Shown: piece by piece, positions 1-10,403 of the stretch
Position numbering within the stretch: the first letter of the stretch is position 1
Layout of the letters: every line of letters starts with the position of its first letter
Assembly (NCBI GenBank): GCA_016182915.1
Contig: JACPFP010000002.1
Coordinates: forward strand, 27,188 to 91,187
DNA: 64,000 nt
Reading direction: 5' to 3'
Source of the DNA: Candidatus Dojkabacteria bacterium
GTDB taxonomy: Bacteria; Patescibacteriota; Dojkabacteria; SC72
Notes under the pieces: generated by a model
The model's input: only the letters and a program-made list of their open reading frames with translations
Databases searched by the model: none
What the model was told of the DNA's origin: nothing
Translations under genes and position numbers: made by a program

Positions 1-248
1 TATACAAAAATAGTCAACAAAGCAAGAAAAATAATACTTAGAATTGGGACTACAAGATCAGAAGCTCTAAAATGCTTCACATCCTGCTGTAACTGCTTCA
101 ATTCTGAAATAACTCCTGACCTCTGTTTTCTTTCTGCTATAGACTGTCCTGGGCCGTTAGTTGACATTGTAGAAGGGGATGGAGGAGTGTCAACGGATGG
201 CTTTGTAGATTCAACAACAGTCTGTGGTTTCGCAATTGGCTCTTCCAT
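1..248 (-). CDS. Probable PilO-like pilus assembly protein, N-terminal part only (runs off the window edge)
   Basis: Manual translation from ATG at 248 gives MEEPIAKPQTVVESTKPSVDTPPSPS...DLVVPILSIIFLALLTIFV, open to position 1. It has a TM segment and lies directly after pilM-pilN. Confidence 0.55.
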   Translation of the reverse strand, partial: MEEPIAKPQTVVESTKPSVDTPPSPSTMSTNGPGQSIAERKQRSGVISELKQLQQDVKHFRASDLVVPILSIIFLALLTIFV

Positions 249-282
249 ACTCTTTTGTGTTTCGACTTTATTATTTTCCAAG

Positions 283-876
283 TTATCTTGAGAATTCTTC
301 AAAACTTAATTTACCTTCAAAATTAAACCTTACAAGGGTTTCCTCTTTTACAACATTCTTCAGTTCCAAACTCTCTATTCTTTTATCATTACCAAGTAGA
401 TACCAAAGCTTTGAAACGTCCTTAAGGGTCTTTGAGGTTCCTGATACTTCAAAATTCATCCCTTGAGCTAGTATAATACTACTTATTGTTCCAAGATCCT
501 TTGAAACATCCTGCCAGTAGTCAATAACCTCATTTGCAGAATATGTACTCTGCTCGATATTTTGATACAATTTTATTCTCCTCAGTATTTCATCATTCGA
601 AGTGATAATCTCTCCTCTGGATCTAACGTCCTGTTCCAAAGCAAAAAGTTCTTTCTTCCTTTCATTCAAATCAAGTTTAGAGAAGAGGTTGAACCCAACA
701 ATACCTATAGAAAGAAGAAATAGGAAAAGTAGAGCCAGGGCTGCACTCATATTCACTCCAACCTTTCTTGTCTCAATATGTTTTTCCTCTTCTGTCTGCG
801 GTGGGATGAGGTTTATTGAGGTTCCCGTAACAATATTTTCTGCAATTTTCTTTTTAACTTTCTCCTGTTTATTCAT
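283..876 (-). CDS. pilN: PilN-like type IV pilus assembly protein
   Basis: INLIP motif (PilN INLLP) followed by a TM helix and coiled coil; overlaps the pilM stop. Confidence 0.75.
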   Translation of the reverse strand: MNKQEKVKKKIAENIVTGTSINLIPPQTEEEKHIETRKVGVNMSAALALLFLFLLSIGIVGFNLFSKLDLNERKKELFALEQDVRSRGEIITSNDEILRRIKLYQNIEQSTYSANEVIDYWQDVSKDLGTISSIILAQGMNFEVSGTSKTLKDVSKLWYLLGNDKRIESLELKNVVKEETLVRFNFEGKLSFEEFSR

Positions 877-1900
877 CTTTTAGTGATAGTCCAATGGCAA
901 CTGAATATGATGATGCGCTTTTTGTCACAATATTTCTGAACTTATCCGGAACGATTATATTCTTCCATGGATCTGAAAGTATTGCGCTTACACCGAGATT
1001 TTTGGATATATAGTCTGCTAATCCAGGGAGAAGTGCACCATCACCGCTTAAAAGTACATTACTTGGTGAAGCGGCAAGGGTTTTATTCTTATAGAATTCA
1101 ATACCTCTTCGAACTTCATTAAGGATTGCATCAAGAATAGGGGAGAGGGTTGTGAACATTTTTCCTTCTAATATCCCTTCCACAACACCATAATTCCGTT
1201 TATATTCCTCTGCCTGTTGATATTCAAAATTGAACTTATTAACAACCGCCTGAGTCAAGGAATCTGATCCTATTGCAATACTTTGAGAAAATACGAGTTG
1301 CCCATCTAACATAATACTCATATCTGTGCTTGTAGCTCCGAAATCGAGCATTACAACATGTTTCATTCCAGAAGACTTGAACATTGCTCTTCCCATAGCT
1401 ACAGACTCTGTTTCTATAGCAATCGGTTGAAGACCTGCTTTCTCTGCTACGTTGAGGTATGTCTGAATGACTTTCTTTGGTGCTGCAACAAGAAGAACCT
1501 TGAATGCGTTTTTCTCTTGATTAAAACCAAGAGGAACGTAACTCATCTGTACCTCATCTATGGGCATAGGGATATATTCTTTTGCCTGATAGTATACCGC
1601 ATTCTCCAATTCATCCTCTTTAACCCCAGGAAACTCTAGGAATCTTGTAAATACAGAAGACTCAGGAAGAGCCATAACAACGAGTTTATTTCTAATCTTT
1701 GCAGTTGAGAAAAGGGTTTTTACAGCATCAGCTAACTGATTTTGATGCATATCATCTTCACTATTTATCACTCCATGAGGGGTTCTCTGACTTCCAAAGT
1801 TTACTAGTTCAATAGTTGCGGTTCCAACTCCTTTTAACTCTACAGCTTTAACAGAGTGATTTCCAAAATCAATACCCACATGATCAGGCAGTTTCGACAT
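869..1900 (-). CDS. pilM: Type IV pilus assembly actin-like protein PilM
   Basis: VGIDFGNHSVKAVEL, LDFGATST, LSGDGA and C-terminal AIGLSLK are typical PilM/FtsA-fold motifs; pilus-cluster context. Confidence 0.92.
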   Translation of the reverse strand: MSKLPDHVGIDFGNHSVKAVELKGVGTATIELVNFGSQRTPHGVINSEDDMHQNQLADAVKTLFSTAKIRNKLVVMALPESSVFTRFLEFPGVKEDELENAVYYQAKEYIPMPIDEVQMSYVPLGFNQEKNAFKVLLVAAPKKVIQTYLNVAEKAGLQPIAIETESVAMGRAMFKSSGMKHVVMLDFGATSTDMSIMLDGQLVFSQSIAIGSDSLTQAVVNKFNFEYQQAEEYKRNYGVVEGILEGKMFTTLSPILDAILNEVRRGIEFYKNKTLAASPSNVLLSGDGALLPGLADYISKNLGVSAILSDPWKNIIVPDKFRNIVTKSASSYSVAIGLSLKDE

Positions 1901-1993
1901 ACTAATCAGTAACTAAATTTAGGCAGTTTGTACACATTAATTAATAACAGGGAATGGATTTTATGTCAAACAGATTGAGACAAAACTTCTTTA

Positions 1994-4471
1994 CTATAGA
2001 GGTTTAAACCCAACCTCACTCTTATACCCCTCCACATTACCTCCAAAAAAGAGTGCACCGAAGTTAACATATCTATTATCAAAGTGGATCGCAGCAGAAG
2101 GGAATGAGTTTGCATCCATAAGAGTTAAGCTTCTATCAAGAACCACTGAACGACTACCTTCATTGTTAAAGCCGATAAGACTACCGACTATCTTAAGACC
2201 ATCTTTTGGTTCGAGGCCAGAATCTCCAGAATCTAACGTTATTATCCCATCTGAAATTACAAAGGAGTTTACGATATCGTACTTAGGATATGTAGCTCCA
2301 GCAGATTTATAGGACCCAGCTGTAATGTTAACATTACCTTTATTTACAAACATACATCCGTATCTTGAACTACTCGCAGTTAGATCTGGATGAATTGTTG
2401 TAGTACCAGTAACGAGGAAAAGTGTTCTTGCGTCGCAAACAAAACCAATATTTGCAACAAGATTTCCTGCGACTTCAACAATACAGTTGTTAGCTGCAGT
2501 ACATGTATTTGTTCCATCAGTAATACTTGTGGATCGAGAATCAGTTGGAAGAGTTAGATCCCCTGTTATAGTTACTTTCGAGAATGTAGTAGGGGACTTA
2601 TCCATTTGTTTCTGTGCTCTTTCAGAAAGAGAATCAAACCAATATCCTACTTTATTATTTGAATCGGCTTTATTTAAGATTCTTCCTGACTTAATCTGAG
2701 TTGCCCTTATTAATTCATTTAGAAGATTTGAACCTGAAGCAAGCACTTCAGTTGACAGTTCAGCATCGTATTTATAGAAAGCAAACGGTAGACTCCAATA
2801 GGTATCATTGGATAATCTTTCTGTCTGAGAAGTATAGGCAAGATCTTGCATGGTGAAAGCACTCCCTCCCTTTGAATATGCAACTCCAGCCTTAGTTATC
2901 AACCAAGGTTCTCCCAATGGGAGAATAACAGAGCTACGAGTAGCGTTACATGCCTTATCGAAAGCATAAAGGAAGAAGTTGAGGGATCCCCCTTCATTAA
3001 GTTTAACATCTATTCTTTGACTACGACTTGTTCTTGAACTATCTACCCACAGATTTGGTGTACCAGTGAAGACATTAGGCCCATTACCTCCGGAGCCAAG
3101 AACATAATCAATAGTTTGAGGACTAGTAAGGTTACTTATTGGTCCATTAACTTTCCCTGCTCTATCAATTGCAGCATTACCAATTACCTTAATGAGACTA
3201 TTACCTCCTGTATCTGGGTCGGTATCTGTAAAGGCCCATGCCAAATCAACCTTAGTTCCTCCAACGTAACTAAAACTCAGACTATCATTAGTAGGTGCTG
3301 TTAAATCCAAAACTACTGATTTAGTAGAAGGAGTCCATATTATATCCGCAGTACCATATCTTCCGGCACCATGAATATTATATTTTCCGCTTAATGCAGT
3401 TTCATACCCGCTAATTCCAGATTCATTGTTATAAAAGGAGATATCAAATGTAAATGTAGTATTTGTTCCTCCTACCGTGACAGAGACATTACTTATACTT
3501 GCAAGACTTCTTCCATTTCTTCCTTTAATTATTCCTCTTTGACCTGTTCCAATAGTTCCGATTTTTACCCATGATTGAATATCTGAACCTGCTGTAGTGC
3601 TTCCTGAAGTATATTTACTTGGAGCATATATATCACTCCATACTCCGGCAACTTTCTTAACGACAATCCCAAACTTATTATTTGCGACTAAGGCCTGTGA
3701 AGCCGTGGAATTAAAAGCACTAATTGTTGTTGGACTATTTCCAAACCATACCCTTACATCATTAAGGTTATTGCCGGAAAAAGTATTAGGAGTAGCGGCA
3801 CTTACCCTTACAGTATTATTCGCAGTTTTACCTACATAGCCTGATGTAACTGTGCAACCAAGTGCACTGGTACTATTGATAAGAGAGTAGTTGATAGTTA
3901 CAGGAGGAATAACAGGAATGCATCTATAGGTTGTCAAAGTCCATCCATTGCAAACATACGAAGGTTCCTCACATTCCTGACGACAAACATAACTTCCTCC
4001 CTTTTTATAACCACACACCTCCTCACAACCTCCTGGGAACTCTTTCTCGGAACAACAACTACCCTTTACCTGAGCATTACCACCACTTCCACAATCATTG
4101 TAAAGTCCCTTACTTACACATGCAGAGGAAGCGACTTGATTACTTCGGACCGTACCTGGAGGGCAATTCACCCTATATGGGTCGCAATCCGTTGGTGGAG
4201 GGTCATTCTCCACAGGAGTCCCACTCCCTATATCACAACAACCTCTATTACATCTGTAAGTACCTGGACCACATGTTCCTCCTCCAGAGCCATCAGAACA
4301 GTGACATGTTTGAGTAGTATTTCCATTATCATCTGTAGTAAATTCACATATGTACTCAGTTGCACCTCCGCAAACCCCAGAGCCATAGCCCGCAAAAAGC
4401 AATCTCCCACTGAAGAGACTTAGCAAAAAAGTAATAAAAACTACAATTGTAAAAACTATTTTCCTATACAT
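1994..4471 (-). CDS. Large secreted Cys-rich pilus-associated protein (adhesin-like)
   Basis: N-terminal hydrophobic signal, 20 Cys in ~150 aa, beta-rich G/S/T body; immediately upstream of pilM. Confidence 0.6.
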   Translation of the reverse strand: MYRKIVFTIVVFITFLLSLFSGRLLFAGYGSGVCGGATEYICEFTTDDNGNTTQTCHCSDGSGGGTCGPGTYRCNRGCCDIGSGTPVENDPPPTDCDPYRVNCPPGTVRSNQVASSACVSKGLYNDCGSGGNAQVKGSCCSEKEFPGGCEEVCGYKKGGSYVCRQECEEPSYVCNGWTLTTYRCIPVIPPVTINYSLINSTSALGCTVTSGYVGKTANNTVRVSAATPNTFSGNNLNDVRVWFGNSPTTISAFNSTASQALVANNKFGIVVKKVAGVWSDIYAPSKYTSGSTTAGSDIQSWVKIGTIGTGQRGIIKGRNGRSLASISNVSVTVGGTNTTFTFDISFYNNESGISGYETALSGKYNIHGAGRYGTADIIWTPSTKSVVLDLTAPTNDSLSFSYVGGTKVDLAWAFTDTDPDTGGNSLIKVIGNAAIDRAGKVNGPISNLTSPQTIDYVLGSGGNGPNVFTGTPNLWVDSSRTSRSQRIDVKLNEGGSLNFFLYAFDKACNATRSSVILPLGEPWLITKAGVAYSKGGSAFTMQDLAYTSQTERLSNDTYWSLPFAFYKYDAELSTEVLASGSNLLNELIRATQIKSGRILNKADSNNKVGYWFDSLSERAQKQMDKSPTTFSKVTITGDLTLPTDSRSTSITDGTNTCTAANNCIVEVAGNLVANIGFVCDARTLFLVTGTTTIHPDLTASSSRYGCMFVNKGNVNITAGSYKSAGATYPKYDIVNSFVISDGIITLDSGDSGLEPKDGLKIVGSLIGFNNEGSRSVVLDRSLTLMDANSFPSAAIHFDNRYVNFGALFFGGNVEGYKSEVGFKPL

Positions 4472-5010
4472 ACAAGATGTGGTTTAAAAGGTAAATAAGA
4501 ATTAAAATCATTCGATTTTGCCTCACGAATGATATCAAATCCGGATTTTGAATCTTTTATCTCAATAGCAATATAATCCCCAATCATCACTTCTTTACTC
4601 CATAGGGAAATATCTTCGTAAATATCTCTTTTTATATGAAATGGACCTCCAAGATTAGCGACTTCGAGATTCTCATCTGTACAGAATCGGAAATATGAGT
4701 AAGTAGTTCCTTTTTCTCCAACAAAGTATCTAAGCCCCTCTTTACCCCATATTGCAATACCACCTTGTTTATTTCTATTTATATATGCAATTGTACCCCC
4801 ATATTGACGATACTTTCCTTTAATATCTAATGTATAAAATTCTCTTCGAGCGGAGCCTCTAATATCGCGGCTAAGGTTCTCAATATTTTTATTCGCCTCT
4901 ATAAATTCCTTTAAACCAAAGTTAAAGTATAAAAGTAAGTAAACGAGGCCACAAATACAAGCAACAACTGGAATCATAATCAGTAGTAATCGAAAGACTC
5001 TATTCTTCAT
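4456..5010 (-). CDS. Hypothetical membrane-anchored protein
   Basis: ATG at 5010 (MKNRVFRLLLIM...), N-terminal TM; stop overlaps the start of the adhesin-like gene. Confidence 0.6.
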   Translation of the reverse strand: MKNRVFRLLLIMIPVVACICGLVYLLLYFNFGLKEFIEANKNIENLSRDIRGSARREFYTLDIKGKYRQYGGTIAYINRNKQGGIAIWGKEGLRYFVGEKGTTYSYFRFCTDENLEVANLGGPFHIKRDIYEDISLWSKEVMIGDYIAIEIKDSKSGFDIIREAKSNDFNSYLPFKPHLVCIGK

Positions 5011-5081
5011 ATTGAAATCGTACCAAAGCAATTTCAATTTGTCTATGGACTATAGTAATTTGAAATGCTTTGACGAATGGC

Positions 5082-6875
5082 TTACTGCGAGGCTGGCCTT
5101 AAAATTTCGAGGGAAGCGACTCTATTCCGAAGCAATCTCGGATTGCCTTTGACTAGTGATTCCATAGCGGCCTGAGTGTCTCCACTACCATATTCCCCTC
5201 CATATATACGTGCAATAAATGGAATCTCTAATTTAGATGAAAGGGCGCGCGTAGTGATGCCAAAGTATGGAGCTGCCATATGCCTATTTAAAAGGTCAAA
5301 AGCCGGAGAATCATACCCAGCAGTTTTTTGCCCTGGATTATCAAGCCTAGATCTTACATTAACACCTAATACACAAATATTCTTCTCAATGTTCTCAGGG
5401 TCAGCAGGATCCGGGAATATAATAGGGATTACAATATATTCAAGGCCATTTCTATCAATTAGTTGTGCCGCTGTAAACTTCCAAAACCACCCATGTGTTG
5501 AACCATCATCATTAGGTGTAGACATTAGACTCTTGTCCGTTGTTTTTATGAAATCGCCAAAAAACCTCCAAGGGACATTCTCATATTCACCTTTCTTGAA
5601 TTGATGTGGGTAGTTTTCTAATACAAACTTACAATAGCTTCCATTTAAAATATCCTGCTCAGACAAAACCTGATTACGATAGCTTTCCAAAGGAGTTTTC
5701 TGAAAATCCTTATCCGGAATCTTTTCCCATGAATTTGTCTCGTAATTATAAACATGGTCAAGTATAACAAGGCCGAACCGATCAACATACCACTGGTCAG
5801 CAGATAGAGTTTGCTTCTCTCCTGTCGCAGAGTTAACAAGAATTGAAAGACTACCATCATTTTGGGCCATCGCCCCTTCAATTGGATACTCAACTCCATT
5901 TACAACGTTATAGAAAGTACCGTCTGGTTTTACAAGAACAGCCCCACCAGAAAGCTCAGCAAATTGTTTTGCCAAATTCTCTATTCCATTAGGTGGAATA
6001 GGGGTAAAGGTAACCGTTGGAGGAACAGGCGTCTTAAGAATTGGAGGATCATCATTTCCTCCACCACTTCCAATCTGTGGCTGATTACCCTCAACCTGTT
6101 CTGTAACTTGTGGCTGATTATTACTTGACGTACTACCAAATATATTACTCCTTAACTTATCATTAGAGCTTAATACCAACCCGGCAACAATAGATAGTAC
6201 AAGAAGACCAAATGCAAATTTCATAGAAGGGGGTAGCCCTTTACTTCCACCCTTTGACTCAATACCACTACTTTTAAGCGTAGCACTATCCGTAATAAGG
6301 ACGGCTATAAAATTTTCAAGCATCTCATCTGTTATTGTCTTCCCTTTATCCCAAACTCCATCTCTGCCTAACTGTCCGAAAGAGAATTGCTTCAAAAGAC
6401 CGTTACCATTAACCAATGGTAAATCCCAATTTTTAGCACGCTCTTCCATAAAACCCAAAACACTTGCATACGCATCCAAAAGCATAGCCTCTTGTGTTTC
6501 ATTAGATAACTTTGCAACTAGATCTCTTGAGGGAAGGGTAGTAGTATTGTTATCACCAAATTCACTATTTCTTTCTACAATCAAGCGATGTAGCCTAGAG
6601 ACATCGTGAGCAACCTGCGAAAGGCTTTCATCATTAAAATTTTCAACAGGAAAGCCACTTAGAGACATTGCTTCAATAACAGCAGTTTCATCCCAAATTT
6701 GATTAGAATCTCCACTCTGGAAATTTAGTTCACCGTATAGAAGTTGACGAAAAGTCTGAACTGAACGTAAGTTCTCTTGTGTAGAAGAGTTCTCTGGAAA
6801 AGAAGTTTCGGTATTTTGAGGTGGAAAAGTGATAGCCATGTCTGAATTACTTCCTATTACTAAGCCTGTTGCCAT
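5082..6875 (-). CDS. Hypothetical single-pass membrane protein with Pro/Thr linker
   Basis: 597-aa ORF with a central TM (FAFGLLVLSIVAGLVL) followed by a Q/G/P/T-rich linker; no recognisable family motif. Confidence 0.65.
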   Translation of the reverse strand: MATGLVIGSNSDMAITFPPQNTETSFPENSSTQENLRSVQTFRQLLYGELNFQSGDSNQIWDETAVIEAMSLSGFPVENFNDESLSQVAHDVSRLHRLIVERNSEFGDNNTTTLPSRDLVAKLSNETQEAMLLDAYASVLGFMEERAKNWDLPLVNGNGLLKQFSFGQLGRDGVWDKGKTITDEMLENFIAVLITDSATLKSSGIESKGGSKGLPPSMKFAFGLLVLSIVAGLVLSSNDKLRSNIFGSTSSNNQPQVTEQVEGNQPQIGSGGGNDDPPILKTPVPPTVTFTPIPPNGIENLAKQFAELSGGAVLVKPDGTFYNVVNGVEYPIEGAMAQNDGSLSILVNSATGEKQTLSADQWYVDRFGLVILDHVYNYETNSWEKIPDKDFQKTPLESYRNQVLSEQDILNGSYCKFVLENYPHQFKKGEYENVPWRFFGDFIKTTDKSLMSTPNDDGSTHGWFWKFTAAQLIDRNGLEYIVIPIIFPDPADPENIEKNICVLGVNVRSRLDNPGQKTAGYDSPAFDLLNRHMAAPYFGITTRALSSKLEIPFIARIYGGEYGSGDTQAAMESLVKGNPRLLRNRVASLEILRPASQ

Positions 6876-6960
6876 TTATTAACAACAAACAATTTATAGA
6901 CACATTATACATCTTAAATATATATACTTCAACCTATAGCGCTGAAATCCCATGTTAATA

Positions 6961-7359
6961 CTATTTATCACTCCCCAATATTTTTTTAATTTCTCCAACC
7001 AAATCTGAATACTCTAATTCTGATTTAATGAGGTATGAAACAGCCCCCAATTCAAATGCCTCTTTAATTACCTTCTCGCTAGTCATATTTGTAAGGACAA
7101 TGATAGGGACTTCACCATACCCTTCCTTATCGTTATGGATTGTCCTTAGAACCTCTAATCCATCCATACCAGGCATCATAAGGTCAAGAAGAACAATATC
7201 AATGTCATTATGATTTTTTTTCAGTACCTCAAGCCCTTTATATCCATCAATACACTTTATAGGGGTAAGTCCTTCATTCGTAAGGACTTCAGAATATGAA
7301 TCTAAAAGGGCAATCTCATCTTCAATAATTAAAACATTCTTTTTAATTCTCTCACTCAT
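6961..7359 (-). CDS. Single-domain (receiver-only) response regulator
   Basis: LIIEDE, LLDLMMPGMDG (phospho-Asp), IIVLTN, GAVSYLIK. Confidence 0.92.
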   Translation of the reverse strand: MSERIKKNVLIIEDEIALLDSYSEVLTNEGLTPIKCIDGYKGLEVLKKNHNDIDIVLLDLMMPGMDGLEVLRTIHNDKEGYGEVPIIVLTNMTSEKVIKEAFELGAVSYLIKSELEYSDLVGEIKKILGSDK

Positions 7360-7379
7360 AACGGGTTTAAAATATTTAA

Positions 7380-8336
7380 CTAATCACTCCCCAAAACACC
7401 ATTACCATTAAAGAGGACATAATCAAAGAGAGATAGAGCGGATTCCTGCTGAGGAATCTGAACTTCCTTTGCTCTATATGTACCAGTACAGTTAGCTCCA
7501 GTAGTTATTTTCACCATTTCCCAATCTTCTAAACAAGTTGGACTTGAAACAGAAGTTTTAATGGCAACCGTCCCACCAATCGACCTAACCCTAATTTCAT
7601 CAAGATTGTATACAAGACCCCCATAGGTTTTTGTAGTTAGTGGAACGGACAAGGTAGATCCGCTCTGTAATGGAGTCCACGTACCATCTACATTATCGTT
7701 GTCAACACAGTTTGAACCAAGGATGTGTACACAGTACTGTTGTAAATCATCATACTCATATGCCTTATACTCTCCAGGAATTCCACTCGAGTATGAACGA
7801 GCATACACTCTAGAAACTGCTACATTCCCAAAACTAGATCCTCGGGGCTCAAATTTAAAATTCATCGTACAACCCGCAGCAGGGGACTGTCCCCTTACAA
7901 CCACCGATCTAACACCTTCGGACGGGAGTTCAAGTTCGTCCTCCGGCCCTGCAAGTTTAGCTGTAAGTTCAACGGTTGAGTTATCACCCTTACACTCATC
8001 AAAGACATTTAAGGTTTCATTATCAACACCTGCTGTATCTAGGAACTGTTTAACAGCACTCACTCCCTTAACACTACATCCATTGGTACTCTTCATTCCT
8101 TCACCATATTCCGGGTTTGTACAAACATTCTCAATCGTTGCAACGGTTGTACCCTTTAGTGTATCCAACATAGAGTCTGCGAATTCCAAGGCCTCCGCAG
8201 AAGACTTCTCACTTGCAATCTGCTGTGTATCTTTAAGGGTTCGAGAAAGCATTGCCATCCCAAGAATGGCAGAGATAACGAGGACTATCATTACAATTGC
8301 TAATGCTTGACCTCTATATACCTTTATTTTTTTCAT
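7380..8336 (-). CDS. Minor pilin, PilX/GspK-like
   Basis: RG|QALAIVMIVLVI leader lacking Glu+5, then SAEALEFADS; this is the PilX N-terminal pattern. Confidence 0.7.
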   Translation of the reverse strand: MKKIKVYRGQALAIVMIVLVISAILGMAMLSRTLKDTQQIASEKSSAEALEFADSMLDTLKGTTVATIENVCTNPEYGEGMKSTNGCSVKGVSAVKQFLDTAGVDNETLNVFDECKGDNSTVELTAKLAGPEDELELPSEGVRSVVVRGQSPAAGCTMNFKFEPRGSSFGNVAVSRVYARSYSSGIPGEYKAYEYDDLQQYCVHILGSNCVDNDNVDGTWTPLQSGSTLSVPLTTKTYGGLVYNLDEIRVRSIGGTVAIKTSVSSPTCLEDWEMVKITTGANCTGTYRAKEVQIPQQESALSLFDYVLFNGNGVLGSD

Positions 8337-8372
8337 TTTGAAAAGTATTAATATATAAAATAAGGTAACAGA

Positions 8373-9056
8373 TTAATTCTCCCAGGTCAATTTCTGAGTT
8401 GAAACAACTGTTTGCTTGAAGTATCCGGGTTTAATACTCCCACTATTTGCGACCCAGTGAACTGGTTCCATCTCCAAATCAATTGTAATTAAGTAGTTAC
8501 TGTCGTAGGTATTGAAAAACTGCATAGATAGAGAGTTAACATCCACATCTTCAGAGTTCAGAACAAGAGTATTAATAGTATAGAAGGAAGATTGCCCATT
8601 GAAGCACTCTGACGCAACCTCTAAATCCTGTCTTATCGACTTTAGTATATACCCTCTCTCCGGATCCTCAGAGTCAGGGAAGAAACCTATACATACCCAT
8701 TTATTGTATCCAACGGGTCTAAAATGGATTTCTGTACCTGTCTGATCTGATGTAATAGGGGTGTCATATCCTGCTAAACCGCTATCCACAGTTCTTTCAC
8801 TTGCTTTGTCATACATCCTACCGCTAACCTGATAAAGAAAGATTTCTTCTGCATTTGAATTTCTCACAGTCTTTCTTAGTAGCTCAAGTATAAATTCAGA
8901 TTCTTCTCTCGTTGTTGTACGTGAGGTCGAGATAATTGACGTACGAATCATTGTAGAGAGGGTAATCGAAACAAGAATCATCACAATTCCTAGGATTACC
9001 ATGGTTATTAGCATCTCAACCAAACTCACCGCATTGTACTTTTTAATCATTTTCAT
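8373..9056 (-). CDS. Minor pilin (PilW-like, N-methylation domain)
   Basis: KKYNA|VSLVEMLITMVIL class III signal with Glu+5. Confidence 0.75.
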   Translation of the reverse strand: MKMIKKYNAVSLVEMLITMVILGIVMILVSITLSTMIRTSIISTSRTTTREESEFILELLRKTVRNSNAEEIFLYQVSGRMYDKASERTVDSGLAGYDTPITSDQTGTEIHFRPVGYNKWVCIGFFPDSEDPERGYILKSIRQDLEVASECFNGQSSFYTINTLVLNSEDVDVNSLSMQFFNTYDSNYLITIDLEMEPVHWVANSGSIKPGYFKQTVVSTQKLTWEN

Positions 9057-9057
9057 A

Positions 9058-9615
9058 CTACTCCTGATCAACTTTAACTCCTAAATAATACTGATAGTCT
9101 CTAATTTTACACTTCCCTCTGTCTGCTTCAGCCTCACAGTTTGCCATACCCGTAACAATCTTTCCAACAACTAATCCACTTGCTGGGACAGAGTCAGAAA
9201 GAATACAGAAGACCCTAAATATTTCGCTATCTTGTGAGGTATGTTCTCTACAAAGTTCTCTCTCACCTGCATCATATTTGCATGCAATCTTGAAATCAGC
9301 ACCTTCTGTTTCAAAGGAGGGATCGTTGCTATCTCCGTTAAAAGCATAACAGTTCCCCTCATTACCTGAAATTAACGGAAAGAGAGCCTCTCCTTCGGGG
9401 GATTCGTTATGATTCGCGGCTATCTTTTTAACCATAGAAGCGGCTTCTACAGACCTTTCAGTTAGATTATTCTCTATTTCATTGCGTATTAGCTGACTAG
9501 TAGTGTTAACTGCAATAGTCATAAGTACTATTGAGGCAATTCCTGCAACTGCGATTGCAATCAAGGCCTCAACAAAACCAACTGCATTGTAATTCTTTCG
9601 TTTATATCCTTTCAT
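9058..9615 (-). CDS. Minor pilin (PilV-like)
   Basis: KNYNA|VGFVEALIAIAV class III signal with Glu+5; several Cys in the head domain. Confidence 0.7.
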   Translation of the reverse strand: MKGYKRKNYNAVGFVEALIAIAVAGIASIVLMTIAVNTTSQLIRNEIENNLTERSVEAASMVKKIAANHNESPEGEALFPLISGNEGNCYAFNGDSNDPSFETEGADFKIACKYDAGERELCREHTSQDSEIFRVFCILSDSVPASGLVVGKIVTGMANCEAEADRGKCKIRDYQYYLGVKVDQE

Positions 9616-10351
9616 CTTCAACCTTAACTTTCCCAGATATATTAAATATTGTTATTGTTTTCAATCTACTTGTATTCGGGGCCCTCACTTCGATTACAAA
9701 GTTAATAGGTGAACTAACCAATTCACCTGTGGAGCTATAGTTGACTAGATATCCGTTAATATCGTAGAAAAAAGCCTTTCCAGATACAGCTTCAAAAAGA
9801 AGATAGGCCGGGACTCCTGCAAAATGTCCTGTAACTCTGTTATCTTCAGGTAGTGTAGCCTGAAAATTACTCCCTATACTAAAGTCAATATTGTTATTTA
9901 ATCTAACTATTTCACTAACGGCAATACCTTGTTCACAGTTTTGAGAAGAATATGGGAGAGGGGAGAGACCGAGATTGCTATTTAACTGGCTCAGGTTAAA
10001 GTTTGGATCAAAATTAGGAACATTCTGCTTTGACCTAATGTCACCATAGTTATCAAATTGAGCACACCACTTAAATAGTCTGTAAGAGCCATCGTTATCT
10101 AGCTGTGTGAAATCAATACCGATACCGTACAACCATCTCTCATCATTCTTTCTCTCAAGAAACAGGGCCGCTCTCTGAGCCCCTCTAATATCCTGCTTCA
10201 TTCTATCTATATCCTGATTTAGAGAAATTGTATCTCTAAATCCATTAAAACCTGCCATACTCAATGCAGAGAGGACTATAAATATGACTAGCACAACCAG
10301 CATCTCAAGGAGGGTGAAAGCTTTATATGATTTATATTTAGGCAGTTTCAT
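9602..10351 (-). CDS. Minor pilin (FimT/FimU-like)
   Basis: SYKA|FTLLEMLVVLVI signal; IRGAQRAA helix and C-terminal ISGKV typical of FimT/GspH. Confidence 0.8.
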   Translation of the reverse strand: MKLPKYKSYKAFTLLEMLVVLVIFIVLSALSMAGFNGFRDTISLNQDIDRMKQDIRGAQRAALFLERKNDERWLYGIGIDFTQLDNDGSYRLFKWCAQFDNYGDIRSKQNVPNFDPNFNLSQLNSNLGLSPLPYSSQNCEQGIAVSEIVRLNNNIDFSIGSNFQATLPEDNRVTGHFAGVPAYLLFEAVSGKAFFYDINGYLVNYSSTGELVSSPINFVIEVRAPNTSRLKTITIFNISGKVKVEDERI

Positions 10352-10403
10352 ATACCTATAAATCTATCACATAGACTTTGCTATGACAAACAAGAAAGGA
10401 GAC

